Source of the DNA: Alphaproteobacteria bacterium
GTDB lineage: Bacteria; Pseudomonadota; Alphaproteobacteria; Bin95
Length of the DNA stretch: 64,000 nt
Direction of reading: 5' to 3'
Assembly: GCA_964291285.2 (NCBI GenBank)
Contig: OZ219787.1
Span: 1,984,001-2,048,000 of the forward strand
The position numbers were made by a program, and so were the translations under genes. Of this stretch, positions 41,504 through 52,201 are shown in pieces; position 1 is the first letter of the stretch, and every line of letters begins with the position of its first letter. The notes beneath the pieces were generated by a model that saw only the letters and a list, made by a program, of their open reading frames with translations, made no database searches and was not told the origin of the DNA.

Positions 41504-42427
41504 ATGAACGATGTCCTGCAGACCAACGAGCCGCGGGGCGTTGCGGTGGCAACCCTGACGCCCATGACGCCCGGTCTCGAGCCGGATTTCCAACGTTTCG
41601 CGGCGCATTGCCGGCGCATGCTGGAGTTGGGCGCCGACCTGCTGGCGGTTCTCGGCACGACGGGCGAGGCGAACTCGCTCGGCGTGGACGAGAAGCTGCG
41701 CCTCCTCGACGCCCTCGGCGAGTCGGACATCCCCGGCGAGACCCTGCTGCCCGGCACCGGCACCTGCTCCATCGCTGACACGGTGATCCTGACCCGGAAA
41801 GCGCTGGAAGTCGGCTCCGCCGGCGTCGTCATGCTGCCGCCCTTCTACTACAAGGGCGTGTCGGATGCGGGGCTGCATGCCGCCTACGAGGAAGTCATCC
41901 AGCGCGTGGGCGACCCGCGGCTCAGGATCTATTTCTACAACTTCCCCTTCAATTCCGGCGTGCCGATCTCGCACGGTCTGATCGAGGGCCTGCTTGCGGC
42001 CTATCCGGGCACGATCGCCGGGATCAAGGACAGTTCCGGCGACCTCGACAACATGCTGGCGATGTGCCGGCGCTTCCCCGGCTTCGGCGTGTTTGCGGGC
42101 TCGGAACAGTTCCTGTTGCCGGTGCTGGAGGCGGGCGGCGCCGGCTGCATCTCCGCGACGGCGAACGTCACCATAGGCCTCTGCGCCGAGGTGCTGGCCG
42201 CGGCAAGGGCCGGGGAGGATGCCGGCGCCCTTCAGGATAGGCTCTCCGCCTGGCGCCTCGCGATCCAGTCGCAGCCCCTGATTCCGGCGCTCAAGGCGAT
42301 CGTGGCCCGGGGCGCGGGCGACGATGACTGGCTGGCGCTCCGGCCGCCGCTTACGGCCCTGGATGCGGCGTCCGGCACTGCGCTCGACGAAGCGCTCGAG
42401 GCGGCCGGATTCGGCAGGGCGGCCTGA
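41504..42427 (+). CDS. DapA/dihydrodipicolinate synthase family protein
   Basis: GTTGEA, LPPFYYK, YNFP, GIKDSSGD. Confidence 0.9.
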   Translation: MNDVLQTNEPRGVAVATLTPMTPGLEPDFQRFAAHCRRMLELGADLLAVLGTTGEANSLGVDEKLRLLDALGESDIPGETLLPGTGTCSIADTVILTRKALEVGSAGVVMLPPFYYKGVSDAGLHAAYEEVIQRVGDPRLRIYFYNFPFNSGVPISHGLIEGLLAAYPGTIAGIKDSSGDLDNMLAMCRRFPGFGVFAGSEQFLLPVLEAGGAGCISATANVTIGLCAEVLAAARAGEDAGALQDRLSAWRLAIQSQPLIPALKAIVARGAGDDDWLALRPPLTALDAASGTALDEALEAAGFGRAA

Positions 42428-42501
42428 GGCGCGGAACGGGGCGGCGTCCGGCTTGCCGATCTGCGACAAATTGTGCTAGCAGGAAGCGGCTTTCGGCGGA
42501 G

Positions 42502-43458
42502 GTGCGCGTGCCCCTGAAAGGCCTGCTGCTTTGTCTCGCCGCTGCTTTGGCGGCAGCCATGCCGGGGCCTGTCCGGGCCGGTGACGCCTATCCGGACCGC
42601 ACGGTCGAATGGGTGGTCCCGTTCGGGCCGGGCGGCGGGTCGGACCGCTGGGCGCGCATCATGTCCTCGGCAGCCATCGACGCCTTCGGCCAAGCCTGGC
42701 ATGTGCGCAACCGGGGCGGGGAGGAAGGCCGGCTGGGCTGGCGCCACATGCTCGGCCAGCCCCCGGACGGCTACACCATCCTGCAGGGAAGCATGACGCC
42801 CGCCATTGCGGCGCTCAGGGACCCTGATTCCGACCTTGATCCGAAAGACCTGAAGATCGCTGCGTTCATCTCGTCGATCAAGACGCACCTGATCGCCGCG
42901 CCGGACTCGGAGTTCGACAGCTGGGACAAGCTGGCGGCCCGGCCGCCGTCCAGCGCGCCGCCGCGAATCGGCGGAACCTCCGCCGTGCTGCTGGCCGCCG
43001 CCACCGGCCTCGACAGGCTCGGGGTTCCCGCCGCGCTGCACCGCTATTCCGGCACGGGCGAGGCCGTCGAGGCGCTCATGGCCGGGCAGGTCGATATGGC
43101 CGCCGTCAGCACCTCGACCGTGTTTTCGCTCGCGGGGCGGGCGTCCGCCGTCATCAATCTCGGCGCGCGCGACAACACGCCGGCAATCAAGGAGAAGATC
43201 GGCGACGTTCCCTGGATCGGCGCGCTCGGGGCCGTCGGCGTCGGCGTTCCGCGCTGGGTGGGCGTTCACCCGGACACGCCGGATGAAGTGGTCGAACGTA
43301 TCTCCGACGGCGTGGGCAAGGTCCTTGCGGACAAATCCGTCATCAAGCTGATGGCCAAGCTCGGCGAGGAAATCCACTATCTGCCGCGAGACGCCGCCGC
43401 CGCCGCCTATGGTGAGCTGCTGGAACGCATGAAGGAGCTTCTGGACCGCATGCCGTAG
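42502..43458 (+). CDS. Tripartite tricarboxylate transporter substrate-binding protein (TctC/Bug)
   Basis: Signal peptide, YPDRTVEWVVPFGPGGGSD, PDGYT, PDTPDEVV. Confidence 0.85.
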   Translation: MRVPLKGLLLCLAAALAAAMPGPVRAGDAYPDRTVEWVVPFGPGGGSDRWARIMSSAAIDAFGQAWHVRNRGGEEGRLGWRHMLGQPPDGYTILQGSMTPAIAALRDPDSDLDPKDLKIAAFISSIKTHLIAAPDSEFDSWDKLAARPPSSAPPRIGGTSAVLLAAATGLDRLGVPAALHRYSGTGEAVEALMAGQVDMAAVSTSTVFSLAGRASAVINLGARDNTPAIKEKIGDVPWIGALGAVGVGVPRWVGVHPDTPDEVVERISDGVGKVLADKSVIKLMAKLGEEIHYLPRDAAAAAYGELLERMKELLDRMP

Positions 43459-43518
43459 GCGCCCGATTGCGTCTTCGCGCTATGGCGGCGCCGCCGGGTT
43501 TCGGTTAGCATCCGGGGA

Positions 43519-43953
43519 ATGAGCGCGAACGTGGAAGTGCCTCTCGCAGCGGACCTCGGCGAGTTGTCCCGTCTGGCGGAGGCCGTGGAGGATTTCGGCG
43601 GAGCGAACGATTTGCCGCCGGGTGCGGTGTTCAAGCTCAACCTCTGCTTCGACGAACTGATTACCAACGCCATTTCCTATGGTTTCGATGCGCCGGACAA
43701 GGCGGATCTCTCCGTGGCGCTCGCAGTCGAGGGCGGCGCCGTAGTCGCGGTAATTCGCGACAATGGCCGGCCCTTCGATCCGTTCACCGAAGCGCCTGAG
43801 GCCGATACCACCCTGGCAGTCGAGGACCGGCCTGTCGGCGGCCTTGGCGTTTTGCTCGTGCGCGAATCGATGGACGATTTCTCCTATGAGCGCCGCGATG
43901 GCTTCAATGTGGTCACGCTGCGCCTGAAACTCGACGGGCAGGAGACTCCGTGA
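43519..43953 (+). CDS. RsbW-like anti-sigma factor / HATPase_c_2 protein
   Basis: DELITNAISYG, RDNGRPFDP, GGLGVLLV. Confidence 0.88.
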   Translation: MSANVEVPLAADLGELSRLAEAVEDFGGANDLPPGAVFKLNLCFDELITNAISYGFDAPDKADLSVALAVEGGAVVAVIRDNGRPFDPFTEAPEADTTLAVEDRPVGGLGVLLVRESMDDFSYERRDGFNVVTLRLKLDGQETP

Positions 43954-44795
43954 CGGAGGAACCCCGCCGCTCTTTCTTCAACGAGTCAATCGGCCGCGCC
44001 CCCGGATTCGGCAGGCTCGCCGGCAGGCGAATCCTGGTGGTGGGCGGCGGCCAGCGCGACATCGAGGACCCCGATCCCCCCATCGGCAACGGCCGGGCGG
44101 CCACCATCCTCTATGCCCGCGAAGGCGCCCATGTCGCCTGCGCCGATGTCTCCGGACCGGCCGCCGACGGAACGGTCGCCGCGGTCAAGGAAGAAGGCGG
44201 CCGCGCCTTCGCGATCGAGGCGGATGTCGCGGACCCTTCGGCGGTCGAATCCATGGTGTCGCTCGCCGCGGAGCGGCTGGGCGGGCTGGACGGGCTGCTG
44301 CTGAATGTGGGCGTCAGCGGTCCGCCGCTGGGCCTCGCCGGCGAGTCCCCGGACGAATGGGACCGCGTGATGGCGATCAACCTGCGCAGCCACATGCTGA
44401 CCTGCCGGGCGGCCCTGCCGATATTGGCCGACGGTTCCAGCATCGTGTTCATCGCGTCTGTTTCGGGCATGCGCCCCAATACAGCCAAACCGTCCTACGA
44501 TGCCTCGAAGACGGCGTTGAAGGGGCTTTGCGGCCATGTCGCGCAGGAGGGCCATGGGCGGGGGATCCGCGCCAATATCGTCGCTCCCGGACTGATGGAT
44601 ACCGCGCTGGGGCGCAACGCCAGCCGCCGGCGCCCTGCCCGGAACGCGAAACCCCTGCCGTTCGACCGCCAGGGGACCGGCTGGGAGACCGCTTACGCAT
44701 CCCTGTTCCTGATGTCGCGTGAAAGCGCCTATATCACCGCCCAGACCCTGGTCGTCGATGGCGGCCTGATCGACCTTTGGTGGCGAGCCGGTTGA
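43950..44795 (+). CDS. SDR family oxidoreductase
   Basis: GNGRA, NVG, YDASK, RANIVAPGLMDT, VDGG. Confidence 0.9.
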   Translation: MTEEPRRSFFNESIGRAPGFGRLAGRRILVVGGGQRDIEDPDPPIGNGRAATILYAREGAHVACADVSGPAADGTVAAVKEEGGRAFAIEADVADPSAVESMVSLAAERLGGLDGLLLNVGVSGPPLGLAGESPDEWDRVMAINLRSHMLTCRAALPILADGSSIVFIASVSGMRPNTAKPSYDASKTALKGLCGHVAQEGHGRGIRANIVAPGLMDTALGRNASRRRPARNAKPLPFDRQGTGWETAYASLFLMSRESAYITAQTLVVDGGLIDLWWRAG

Positions 44796-44872
44796 CGGCC
44801 AGCGGCGCTGGAGCGCCGGCATGGCGGGTTCTATAAGTAGCTGGCAGATGGCAGGGCGCGGAAGGCGGTAGG

Positions 44873-46141
44873 ATGCTGGACCTCAGGTGGATAAGGGAGA
44901 GCCCGGAGGCGCTCGACCGGGCCTTGGGGCGACGGGGAGAACCTCCCGCCGCGGCGCAGGTGAACGCGCTCGACGCCGAACGGCGCGCCTGCCAGACCCG
45001 CTTCCAGGAATGCCGCCAGCGCCGCAATGCGCTCTCCCGCGAGATCGGCAAGGCCAAGGCGGCCGGTGAGCCGGCCGATGAGTTGATCGCGGAAGTCTCG
45101 CGCCTCAAGGATGAGGAGCGGGACGCCGAAGAGGCCGAGCGCAAGGCGGCTGCGGAACTGGACATGCTGCTTGAGGGCATGCCGAACCCGCCGGACGAGG
45201 ATGTGCCGGACGGTGCGGACGAGGCCGACAATGTAGAGCTCAGCCGGACCGGCGCGCGCCCCGAGTTCGATTTCGCGCCGAAGGACCATGTCGAGCTCGG
45301 CGAGGCGCTCGGCCTGATGGATTTCGAGCGGGCGTCGTTCCTGTCCGGCGCCCGCTTCGTCGTCCTGCGCGGCGCGCTGGCCCGGCTGGAGCGGGCGCTC
45401 GCTCAGTTCATGCTGGACGTGCACACGCAGGAGTTTGGCTACGAGGAGGTATCGCCGCCGACACTGGTCCGCAGCCCGGCGTTGTTCGGCACCGGCCAGT
45501 TGCCGAAATTCGAGCATGACCTCTTCAGGACCGACACCGGCCACTGGCTCATTCCGACGGCGGAGGTGCCGCTCACCAACATGGCGGGGGGGCGCATTCT
45601 GGCGGAGGAGGAATTGCCGCTGCGCTTTACCGCCTTCACGCCGTGCTACCGTTCCGAAGCGGGCTCGGCCGGGCGCGACACGCGCGGCATGATCCGCCAG
45701 CACCAGTTCCAGAAGGTCGAGCTTGTTTCGGTCGCCCATCCGGACACTTCGGCAGAAGAGCATGAGCGGATGACGCGGGCGGCGGAAGCGATTCTGGAAC
45801 GCCTGGAGCTTCCCTGGCGCCGCGTCATCCTCTGCACGGGAGACATGAGCGCGGCTGCGCGCAAGACCTACGATCTGGAAGTCTGGCTGCCGGGGCAGGG
45901 CGCCTACCGCGAAATCTCGAGTTGCTCCAATTGCGGCGACTACCAGGCGCGGCGCATGAATGCGCGCTTCCGCCCGTCCGGAAGCAAGGCAACGCGCTTC
46001 GTGCATACCCTGAACGGGTCCGGGCTGGCCGTAGGCCGGGCGCTAATTGCCCTGCTGGAAAACGGCCAGCAGGGCGACGGGTCGATTGTGCTGCCGCCGG
46101 CGATTCGTCCCTATATGGGCGGATGCGAGCGCCTTGAATAG
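44873..46141 (+). CDS. serS: Serine--tRNA ligase
   Basis: [48 protein letters not shown]. Confidence 0.98.
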   Translation: MLDLRWIRESPEALDRALGRRGEPPAAAQVNALDAERRACQTRFQECRQRRNALSREIGKAKAAGEPADELIAEVSRLKDEERDAEEAERKAAAELDMLLEGMPNPPDEDVPDGADEADNVELSRTGARPEFDFAPKDHVELGEALGLMDFERASFLSGARFVVLRGALARLERALAQFMLDVHTQEFGYEEVSPPTLVRSPALFGTGQLPKFEHDLFRTDTGHWLIPTAEVPLTNMAGGRILAEEELPLRFTAFTPCYRSEAGSAGRDTRGMIRQHQFQKVELVSVAHPDTSAEEHERMTRAAEAILERLELPWRRVILCTGDMSAAARKTYDLEVWLPGQGAYREISSCSNCGDYQARRMNARFRPSGSKATRFVHTLNGSGLAVGRALIALLENGQQGDGSIVLPPAIRPYMGGCERLE

Positions 46142-46841
46142 GAAACGTCGAGGAACCGCGCCGCATGGCGGGGCGGAGGCGCCCCCGACGCCGGGCGCCA
46201 CGCGCGCGCGGCTGCTGATGATGCTGCGCGGGTCCGGCGTTATCGACGAGAAGATACTTGCAGCCATCGAACGCACGCCGCGCGATGCCTTCGTTCCGGC
46301 GATATTCCGCGACCAGGCCTATGAGGACACCGCCTTGCCGATCGGCAACGGCCAGACCATCAGCCGCCCGAGCGTTGTCGCCTTCATGACGGCCATGCTG
46401 GCTCCGGGCCCGCGCATGCGCGTACTGGAAATCGGCACGGGGTCCGGCTACCAGGCTGCTGTGCTCACCTGGCTGTGCCGCAGGGTTTACACGATGGAAC
46501 GGCACCGGCCGCTTCTCTCGGAGGCCGAGGCGCGGTTCGAACGGCTGGGGCTCACCAACATCACCACACGCTGCGGCGACGGCGTGCGCGGCTGGCCCCG
46601 GGCGGGCCAGTTCGACCGTATCCTGGTTACGGCCGCGGCCGACGATGTGCCGACGGCGCTGGTGGAGCAGCTTGCCGATGGCGGCCGGATGCTGGTGCCG
46701 ATCCGCGAGTCCGATGGCGTGCAGCGGCTGGTCTGCCTGTCCCGGACAGAGCATGGCGTCGAGGTCGAGGCCTTGCGCGAAACGTCCTTCGTGCCGCTGG
46801 TCGGAGCCTATGACGAGCCGGCTTCGCAGGAGGCCGCCTGA
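46134..46841 (+). CDS. pcm: Protein-L-isoaspartate O-methyltransferase
   Basis: [45 protein letters not shown]; start uncertain. Confidence 0.92.
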   Translation: MNRKRRGTAPHGGAEAPPTPGATRARLLMMLRGSGVIDEKILAAIERTPRDAFVPAIFRDQAYEDTALPIGNGQTISRPSVVAFMTAMLAPGPRMRVLEIGTGSGYQAAVLTWLCRRVYTMERHRPLLSEAEARFERLGLTNITTRCGDGVRGWPRAGQFDRILVTAAADDVPTALVEQLADGGRMLVPIRESDGVQRLVCLSRTEHGVEVEALRETSFVPLVGAYDEPASQEAA

Positions 46842-48010
46842 TGCGGGCGGTTGCCCTCCTCGCCGTGCTGCTGCTCTGCGCCTGCGGCTGGGTCGAAGTC
46901 GCCGACCCCGGCAAGCCGGAGGGGGCGCCCAGGGCCTCGGCCCCAAAGAAGGCCGTTGCGGAAGACGGCCGGATCCGGGTGCGGAAGGGAGACAGCGTCT
47001 ATCTCATTGCGAGACGCCACGGCGTTGCGATGCGCGACATAATCGAGCGCAACAGGCTGACGGCGCCCTACCATCTAAGGGAGGGGCAAATGCTGGTCCT
47101 GCCGGCTCCGCGCGAACATGTGGTGGAGGCCGGCGACTCCCTGTGGCTGATTTCGCAGCGATACGACGTGCGGATCGCGGCGCTGGTGCGCGCCAACGGG
47201 CTGAAGGAGCCCTATACGATCTACAGGGGAACGACGCTTCGAATCCCCAGGCGGACGGAACCGTCTCCTGAAGATGTTGCCGAGGCGCGCGAAGAACCGG
47301 CGCCCGGCCGCAAATCCCGAGCAGCAGGGACCGCCGCAAGCGCGCCGCCGGTTCCCAGACCGGCGCCGGTCGCGCTCGCGGAAGCGCCGCCGTCGAATGA
47401 GCCCGGCGCCGCGAGGTCCCGCGATGCCGCGCCCGTTCCAAGGCACGCCCCGGCCTCCGCCTCGACGCCCGCGCCGCGCAAGGAGGCAGCGGCGAAGGCC
47501 GCGCCTGACGCAGTGGTGGCGGCCAGGTCTTCACCCCGCCGGGCGGCAGCGGAGAAACCCGCGCCGCGAACCGTGGCCAAGCCGCCGGCCGCGCCGGTCC
47601 AGACAGCGCTCAAGCCGTTGCCGCCCCGCGCCGGACGGTTCCTGCGCCCCCTGACCGGCCCGGTCGTCACCGGGTTCGGACCGCAGCCGGACGGCCTGCA
47701 CAATGACGGCATCAACATAGCCGCGGCGCGCGGCGCGGCGGTGCATTCGGCGGAGGCCGGGCGGGTGGCCTATGCCGGCAACGAGCTTCCGGGATACGGA
47801 AACCTCCTGCTCATCAGGCATCGCGGCGGCTGGGTCTCGGCATATGCCCACAATGACCGCCTGCTGGTCGCGAGGGGAGACGAGGTCCGGCGCGGACAGA
47901 GAATCGCGCTGGTCGGCAGCAGCGGCCGGGTAACGACCCCGCAGCTCCATTTCGAATTGCGGCGGCAGGGACGCGCCGTCGATCCCGTTCCCCATCTCGC
48001 CGGCGGCTGA
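46841..48010 (+). CDS. LysM-M23 peptidase-family lipoprotein (NlpD-like)
   Basis: Lipobox LCAC, two LysM domains, NDGINI, YGNLLLIRH, YAHN, PQLHFELR. Confidence 0.9.
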   Translation: MRAVALLAVLLLCACGWVEVADPGKPEGAPRASAPKKAVAEDGRIRVRKGDSVYLIARRHGVAMRDIIERNRLTAPYHLREGQMLVLPAPREHVVEAGDSLWLISQRYDVRIAALVRANGLKEPYTIYRGTTLRIPRRTEPSPEDVAEAREEPAPGRKSRAAGTAASAPPVPRPAPVALAEAPPSNEPGAARSRDAAPVPRHAPASASTPAPRKEAAAKAAPDAVVAARSSPRRAAAEKPAPRTVAKPPAAPVQTALKPLPPRAGRFLRPLTGPVVTGFGPQPDGLHNDGINIAAARGAAVHSAEAGRVAYAGNELPGYGNLLLIRHRGGWVSAYAHNDRLLVARGDEVRRGQRIALVGSSGRVTTPQLHFELRRQGRAVDPVPHLAGG

Positions 48011-48021
48011 GCGCGAGGAGT

Positions 48022-49170
48022 TCAGGTCCCGGCCAGGAAGTCCCGGATGACGAGCGCTTCGTCGAGCCCGGCTGCCACATAGTCGGGCTCCAGCGGCAGG
48101 GCGCGAGAGGAAAGGCGCACGATCACGACTTCGGCGCGCCGGTCCACATAGAGGTTCTGGCCGTGTATGCCGATGCCGAAGATCAGGGGGCTTTGGCCGC
48201 GCAGCACATAGCATTGCGAACGATAGTGCATCGGCCTGTCCGGAAGGAACGGAGCGAAATCTCCCGCATCCCAGGCCTCCGGGTCGCCATTGCGTTCGAT
48301 ATCGTCGATCCAGCGCTCGGGCAGCACCTGCCGCCCGTCCCGGCGGCCGTTCCCGACGATCAACTGTCCGATGCGGGCGAGGTCGCGGGCGGTGACGCAC
48401 ATGCCGCCGGCCGCGCGCGGCGCGCCCAGCCGGTCCACGGTGATGTAGGCCGGACGCCCGGCCCCGGCCGGGGCCCACAGCAGGCGGCCCATCAGGTCGG
48501 CATAGCGCTCGCCCGTTGCCCGCTCGATGACCCATGCGAGCAGGTCGGTATTGGTCGAGACGTAGTGGAAGCGCTGCCCGTGCAGCCCGTCCGTCCCTGT
48601 CAGTTGCGCATAGAAGGACCGAAGGTCGGAGGGCGGCTCGTCCGGTCCGGGCGGGTTCCAGCCCGTCGCGCGGCGATAGGCGATGATCGGCCCGTCGGCG
48701 GCCATGTAGTCCTCGTCGAAGAGTATGCCCACGCGCATGTCGAGCAGTTGACGCACCGTTGCGCCGCGATAGGCGGTGTCCCGGACCTCGGGCACATAGT
48801 CGGTGACGGGCGCTTCGGTATCGAGACGGCCGGCCTCCGCCAGGATGCCCGCCAGCAGGCCCAGCATGGACTTCGAGACCGACATCAGAATGTGGGGCGT
48901 GCCGGCCGTCATGCCTTCCGCATAGCGTTCCGCCACGATACGGCCGCGATGGAGCGCCAGCAGGGCGTCGCAGCTCCCGGCCATCCTGTCGAAACCCGGC
49001 AGCGCCGTCGGCGCCTCGGGCAGGGGGTGCACCGAGGCCGGGTCGTTCACGATTTCCGCCGAGGGGATCAGCTCCCGCACATGGCTGAAGGCCCAGCGGC
49101 TGAAGGGCGCGGTCCGCCAGTTTGCGAGAGTGACCTGTGCCTCCGGCGGAGGCGGGAAACGGTCCATCAT
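48022..49170 (-). CDS. Serine hydrolase, beta-lactamase family (NylB-like)
   Basis: NWRTAPFSRWAF, SVSK (SxxK), YVSTNTDLL, GIHGQ. Confidence 0.88.
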   Translation of the reverse strand: MMDRFPPPPEAQVTLANWRTAPFSRWAFSHVRELIPSAEIVNDPASVHPLPEAPTALPGFDRMAGSCDALLALHRGRIVAERYAEGMTAGTPHILMSVSKSMLGLLAGILAEAGRLDTEAPVTDYVPEVRDTAYRGATVRQLLDMRVGILFDEDYMAADGPIIAYRRATGWNPPGPDEPPSDLRSFYAQLTGTDGLHGQRFHYVSTNTDLLAWVIERATGERYADLMGRLLWAPAGAGRPAYITVDRLGAPRAAGGMCVTARDLARIGQLIVGNGRRDGRQVLPERWIDDIERNGDPEAWDAGDFAPFLPDRPMHYRSQCYVLRGQSPLIFGIGIHGQNLYVDRRAEVVIVRLSSRALPLEPDYVAAGLDEALVIRDFLAGT

Positions 49171-49202
49171 GTTTTTTGTCCCCTACAGTCTGGCGGCGCG
49201 GA

Positions 49203-50519
49203 TCATAGCGGGAGGCGCACGCGGACGCCGAGGCCGCCTTCGGGCGAGTTGCCCAGATGAATGTCGCCGCCATGGCTCTGGACCACGTCGCGCGCGATGG
49301 AAAGGCCTAGTCCGATGCCGCCGGGTTTCCCTCCCTGCGGGCGGTCCCGGCGGTAGAAGGGACGAAAGACCTTTTCCCGATCAGTGGCCGGCACGCCCGG
49401 CCCGTCATCGTCGATTCCGATCTCGAACCATTCGCCCTGCTCCCGGCAGGCGATCCAGACCTGGTTGCCGTAGCGCATCGCATTGTCGATCAGGTTGACG
49501 AGGCAGCGCCTGATGGCGGTTGCCTGCACGGGGATTTTCGGCGCGCTTGCGATGCGCAGGTCGATGGAGCCGCCGGCCCGGCGCGCGCCGGTCACAACGT
49601 CCTCGATCAGTTCGCCGAGGTCGGTCTCCACCGCCGCTTCGCCGCCTTCGCCGCGGGCGAACGCCAGATAGGCTTCCAGCATCGCCTCCATTTCGACGAT
49701 ATCGGTCTGCAGGCCGCGCGCGTCGTCGTCCTCCGGCAACAGGGCGAGCGCCACCTTCATGCGCGCCAGCGGCGTTCGCAAGTCGTGCGAGACGCCGGCC
49801 AGCATCTCCGTGCGCTGGTCTATCTGGCGCCGGATACGCTCGCGCATGCGGCGGAAGGCGATGGTCGCGCGGCGCACTTCCGAGGCCCCCGCCAGTTTCG
49901 GGTCCTTGGCCTCCCGCCCCTTGCCATAGGCGTCAGCCGCCTCCGCAAGGCGTCTGACGGGCCGGATCTGGTTGCGCATGAACAGCCCGGCCACCGCGAA
50001 CAGGATCATCGAGGTGCCCACCATCCAGAGCGCCCAGAAGGTCGTCGTCGAGCTGAACAGCCGCCGCCGCGGGGTGACGACATGCAGCACGCTCTCCTTG
50101 AGCTGGACCTTGATGACGATTTCGTCCTCGAAGGTGGTCGTATCGAACTGGAACGGTCGCCGCACGCGGTTGGTCAGCTCCCGCGCCAGCAAGGTGTCGA
50201 GGCCGCCCCTCGGCTCCGGCTGCGGGCGGTTCGGCAGGATGGCGCCCGGCGCGATGGTCGCGCGAAGGTCGGTGCGCTCGGCGAGCAGTACCAGCAGCGC
50301 CCCCTGCGCATCGGCGCCCGGGAACCTGTCCATCGCGTCTATGACAAGGCCGATCTCGCCCGCCACGCCGGCCGCCAGGCGCTTCAAGATGATGTGCCAG
50401 TGCCGTTCGTAGAAGATCCAGGTCGAGACGATCTGCAGCAGGATGAGCGGCATCACGATGATGAGCAGGGAGCGCGCAAACAATGTGCGCGGCAGGAAGC
50501 GGTCCAGACGCCCGGCCAT
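49203..50519 (-). CDS. EnvZ-like sensor histidine kinase
   Basis: Two TM segments, HAMP, SHDLRTPL, NLIDNA, DDDGPG, GLGLSI. Confidence 0.93.
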   Translation of the reverse strand: MAGRLDRFLPRTLFARSLLIIVMPLILLQIVSTWIFYERHWHIILKRLAAGVAGEIGLVIDAMDRFPGADAQGALLVLLAERTDLRATIAPGAILPNRPQPEPRGGLDTLLARELTNRVRRPFQFDTTTFEDEIVIKVQLKESVLHVVTPRRRLFSSTTTFWALWMVGTSMILFAVAGLFMRNQIRPVRRLAEAADAYGKGREAKDPKLAGASEVRRATIAFRRMRERIRRQIDQRTEMLAGVSHDLRTPLARMKVALALLPEDDDARGLQTDIVEMEAMLEAYLAFARGEGGEAAVETDLGELIEDVVTGARRAGGSIDLRIASAPKIPVQATAIRRCLVNLIDNAMRYGNQVWIACREQGEWFEIGIDDDGPGVPATDREKVFRPFYRRDRPQGGKPGGIGLGLSIARDVVQSHGGDIHLGNSPEGGLGVRVRLPL

Positions 50520-51220
50520 CAGTCGGGCCGCAATGCGTAGCCGCGTCCCCAGATCGTGACCAGATAGCGCGGGTGTTTGGGGTCGGGTTCCAACTTGCGG
50601 CGCAGCCGGGCGACCTGCACATCGACGGCCCGCCCGGAGCCGACGCTCATGACGGCGAGTTCCTCGCGCGAGACCGTGCCGCCGCCCCTGAGCGAGAGGG
50701 CGTTCAGCAGCACCGCTTCCGCCGGGGCCAGGCGGCGAACGCTGCCGTCCTCGTGCTCGAGGGACTCGCGCCCGGTGGTCCAGGCGAGCGGGCCGAAGCG
50801 GAGCGTCTCGCGTCTGGCGGTTTCGCGGCGGCGCAGGATCGTGCGGATGCGCAGCACCAGTTCGCGCGGCTCGAACGGCTTGACCATGTAGTCTTCCGCG
50901 CCCGCTTCGAGGCCGCGCACCCGGTCCTCGGGCTCGTCCATCGCCGTCAGCAGCAATATCGGCGTCGCGTTGCCGGATGCGCTCAGCGCCGCGCTGAGTT
51001 CGAGGCCCGACTCACCGGGCAGCATGATGTCCAGCACCACAAGGTCGAAGGCGACGCCGGCCATTGCGCGCCGGGCCGCCTCGGCCTCCTCCATCGCCGT
51101 GACCCTGAAGCCCGACCCTGAGAGGTAGCGCTTCAGGAGCGCGCGCAGCCGCTCGTCGTCGTCCACCAGCAGGATATGGGGAAGGTCCTGCGAATGAGCG
51201 GGCAAAATCGCTTCACGCAT
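50519..51220 (-). CDS. OmpR-family response regulator
   Basis: LLVDDD, LDIMLPG, KPFEPREL, VDVQVARLRRKLE, GRGY; start approximate. Confidence 0.92.
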   Translation of the reverse strand: MREAILPAHSQDLPHILLVDDDERLRALLKRYLSGSGFRVTAMEEAEAARRAMAGVAFDLVVLDIMLPGESGLELSAALSASGNATPILLLTAMDEPEDRVRGLEAGAEDYMVKPFEPRELVLRIRTILRRRETARRETLRFGPLAWTTGRESLEHEDGSVRRLAPAEAVLLNALSLRGGGTVSREELAVMSVGSGRAVDVQVARLRRKLEPDPKHPRYLVTIWGRGYALRPD

Positions 51221-51296
51221 GGTCAGAAATCCGCCATAAGCTGCAACGCTGCGTTCCGGTATCATATCGTGCCCGAAGAACGAGGAGAAATGCGCG

Positions 51297-52178
51297 ATGG
51301 CGGTGGACCTGCTCCCCTATGACGACCGCGACGGCTATATCTGGCTGGACGGCGCGCTGGTTCCGTGGCGCGACGCCAGGCTGCATGTCATGACCCATGG
51401 CCTGCACTACGCCAGCGCGGTCTTCGAGGGCGAACGTGTCTATGGCGGGCACATCTTCCGTTCGCGCGCCCATACCGAACGCCTGCGCAACTCGGGCCGG
51501 CTCATGGGGTTCGAAATTCCCTACTCGGTAGAAGAGCTGGAGAGCGCCAAACGGGAAGTGCTGCAGGCCAACGGCCTTGAGGACGCCTATGTCCGCCCGG
51601 TGGCATGGCGCGGCGCGGAGATGATGGGCGTGTCGGCCCAGGAGGCCACGATCCATGTCGCGATTGCGGCCTGGTTCTGGGGCGCCTATTTCGGCGACGG
51701 CACGGAGATGTCCGGCATCCGCATGAAGACCGGCCGCTATCGCCGGCCGGGCCCCGAATGCGGTCCCGTGCAGGCCAAGGCGACCGGCCACTACCTGATC
51801 TGCACGCTGAACAAGCACGAGGTCGAGGCCGAGGGCTACCACGATGCCCTGTTCCTCGACACGCGCGGCTTCGTGGCGGAGGGCTCCGGCGCCAATATCT
51901 TCCTGGTCCAGGACGGCAAGCTGCACACGCCGACGCCCGACTCCTTCCTTAACGGCATCACCCGCCAGGCGGTGATCGGCCTTGCGGAGAAACGCCAGAT
52001 CCCGGTGGTCGAGCGCTCGATCCTGCCGGAGGAGTTCGCGAAGACCTCGGAGGTCTTCGTGACCGGCACCGCCGCGGAGGTCACGCCGGTCGCGGAAATC
52101 GACGACTACCGGTTCACCCCGGGCGACATCACCCGCACGCTGATGGAAGATTTCCGCGCCATCACCTCGACCGGATAA
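51297..52178 (+). CDS. ilvE: Branched-chain amino acid aminotransferase
   Basis: LHYASAVFEG, AKATG, EGSGANIF, LNGITR, TGTAAEV. Confidence 0.93.
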   Translation: MAVDLLPYDDRDGYIWLDGALVPWRDARLHVMTHGLHYASAVFEGERVYGGHIFRSRAHTERLRNSGRLMGFEIPYSVEELESAKREVLQANGLEDAYVRPVAWRGAEMMGVSAQEATIHVAIAAWFWGAYFGDGTEMSGIRMKTGRYRRPGPECGPVQAKATGHYLICTLNKHEVEAEGYHDALFLDTRGFVAEGSGANIFLVQDGKLHTPTPDSFLNGITRQAVIGLAEKRQIPVVERSILPEEFAKTSEVFVTGTAAEVTPVAEIDDYRFTPGDITRTLMEDFRAITSTG

Positions 52179-52201
52179 CGAAAGCAAGAGGACTGCCACC
52201 C

